Virus record (IMG/VR): IMGVR_UViG_3300008255_000468
Span: 1 to 24,114 of that record
Direction: 5' to 3' (one strand)
Source of the DNA: a virus
Taxonomy: Duplodnaviria; Caudoviricetes
DNA length: 24,114 nucleotides
Below are positions 24,013 to 24,114 of this stretch, piece by piece. Numbering within the stretch: position 1 is the stretch's first letter; every line of letters starts with the position of its first letter. A program made the translations under genes and the position numbers. The notes beneath the pieces were generated by a model that ran no database searches, was not told where the DNA came from, and was given only the letters and a program-made list of their open reading frames with translations.

Positions 24013-24114
24013 CGTCAACATTTCGTCAACATTTTATTTTGACCCGTCAACATTTTCGTCAACATTTTTGGCTATTCTTTTAAGTATGATCATACTAAGA
24101 AAATAAGCAAAAAA
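24013..24114. repeat. Iteron array and AT-rich palindrome, putative replication origin (continues into 1-20)
   Basis: CGTCAACATTT at 24013, 24024, 24045 and 24057; two inverted copies at the junction/1-20; perfect palindrome AGTATGATCATACT at 24083-24096. Confidence 0.7.

Larger units (their letters stand above)
1..24114. mobile_element. Small HK97-like temperate siphophage or satellite, probably the complete circular genome
   Basis: Full head-tail gene set, int/xis with intact attP, no host genes; palindrome and iteron structure continues across the 24114/1 junction. Confidence 0.85.

Overview
The window looks like the complete, circular (excised) genome of a very small (~24.1 kb) temperate siphophage-like element. 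An imperfect palindrome and iteron array is completed only when the right end is joined to position 1, the attP is intact, and no host genes are seen. It encodes a full HK97-type cos-packaging head and long non-contractile tail module on the minus strand (HNH, TerS, TerL, portal fused to a MuF-like domain, protease, capsid, head-tail proteins, major tail, frameshifted tail chaperone, tape measure, tail tip). It also carries a separate plus-strand HxH-repeat fibre, an integrase/excisionase pair whose style suggests an Acidobacteriota host (inference), an outer-membrane beta-barrel gene, a T4 gp41-like helicase and a wHTH protein next to a putative origin. The most striking signal is a T4-late-promoter-like motif, (C/A)TAAATA, in front of most transcription units, often 5-7 nt before the ATG. 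No gp55-like sigma factor, primase, polymerase, CI repressor or endolysin is recognisable. Together these suggest a virion-complete satellite or hitchhiker phage that is switched on, replicated and released by a co-infecting T4-like phage. All protein assignments are from motif recognition by eye, not database searches.
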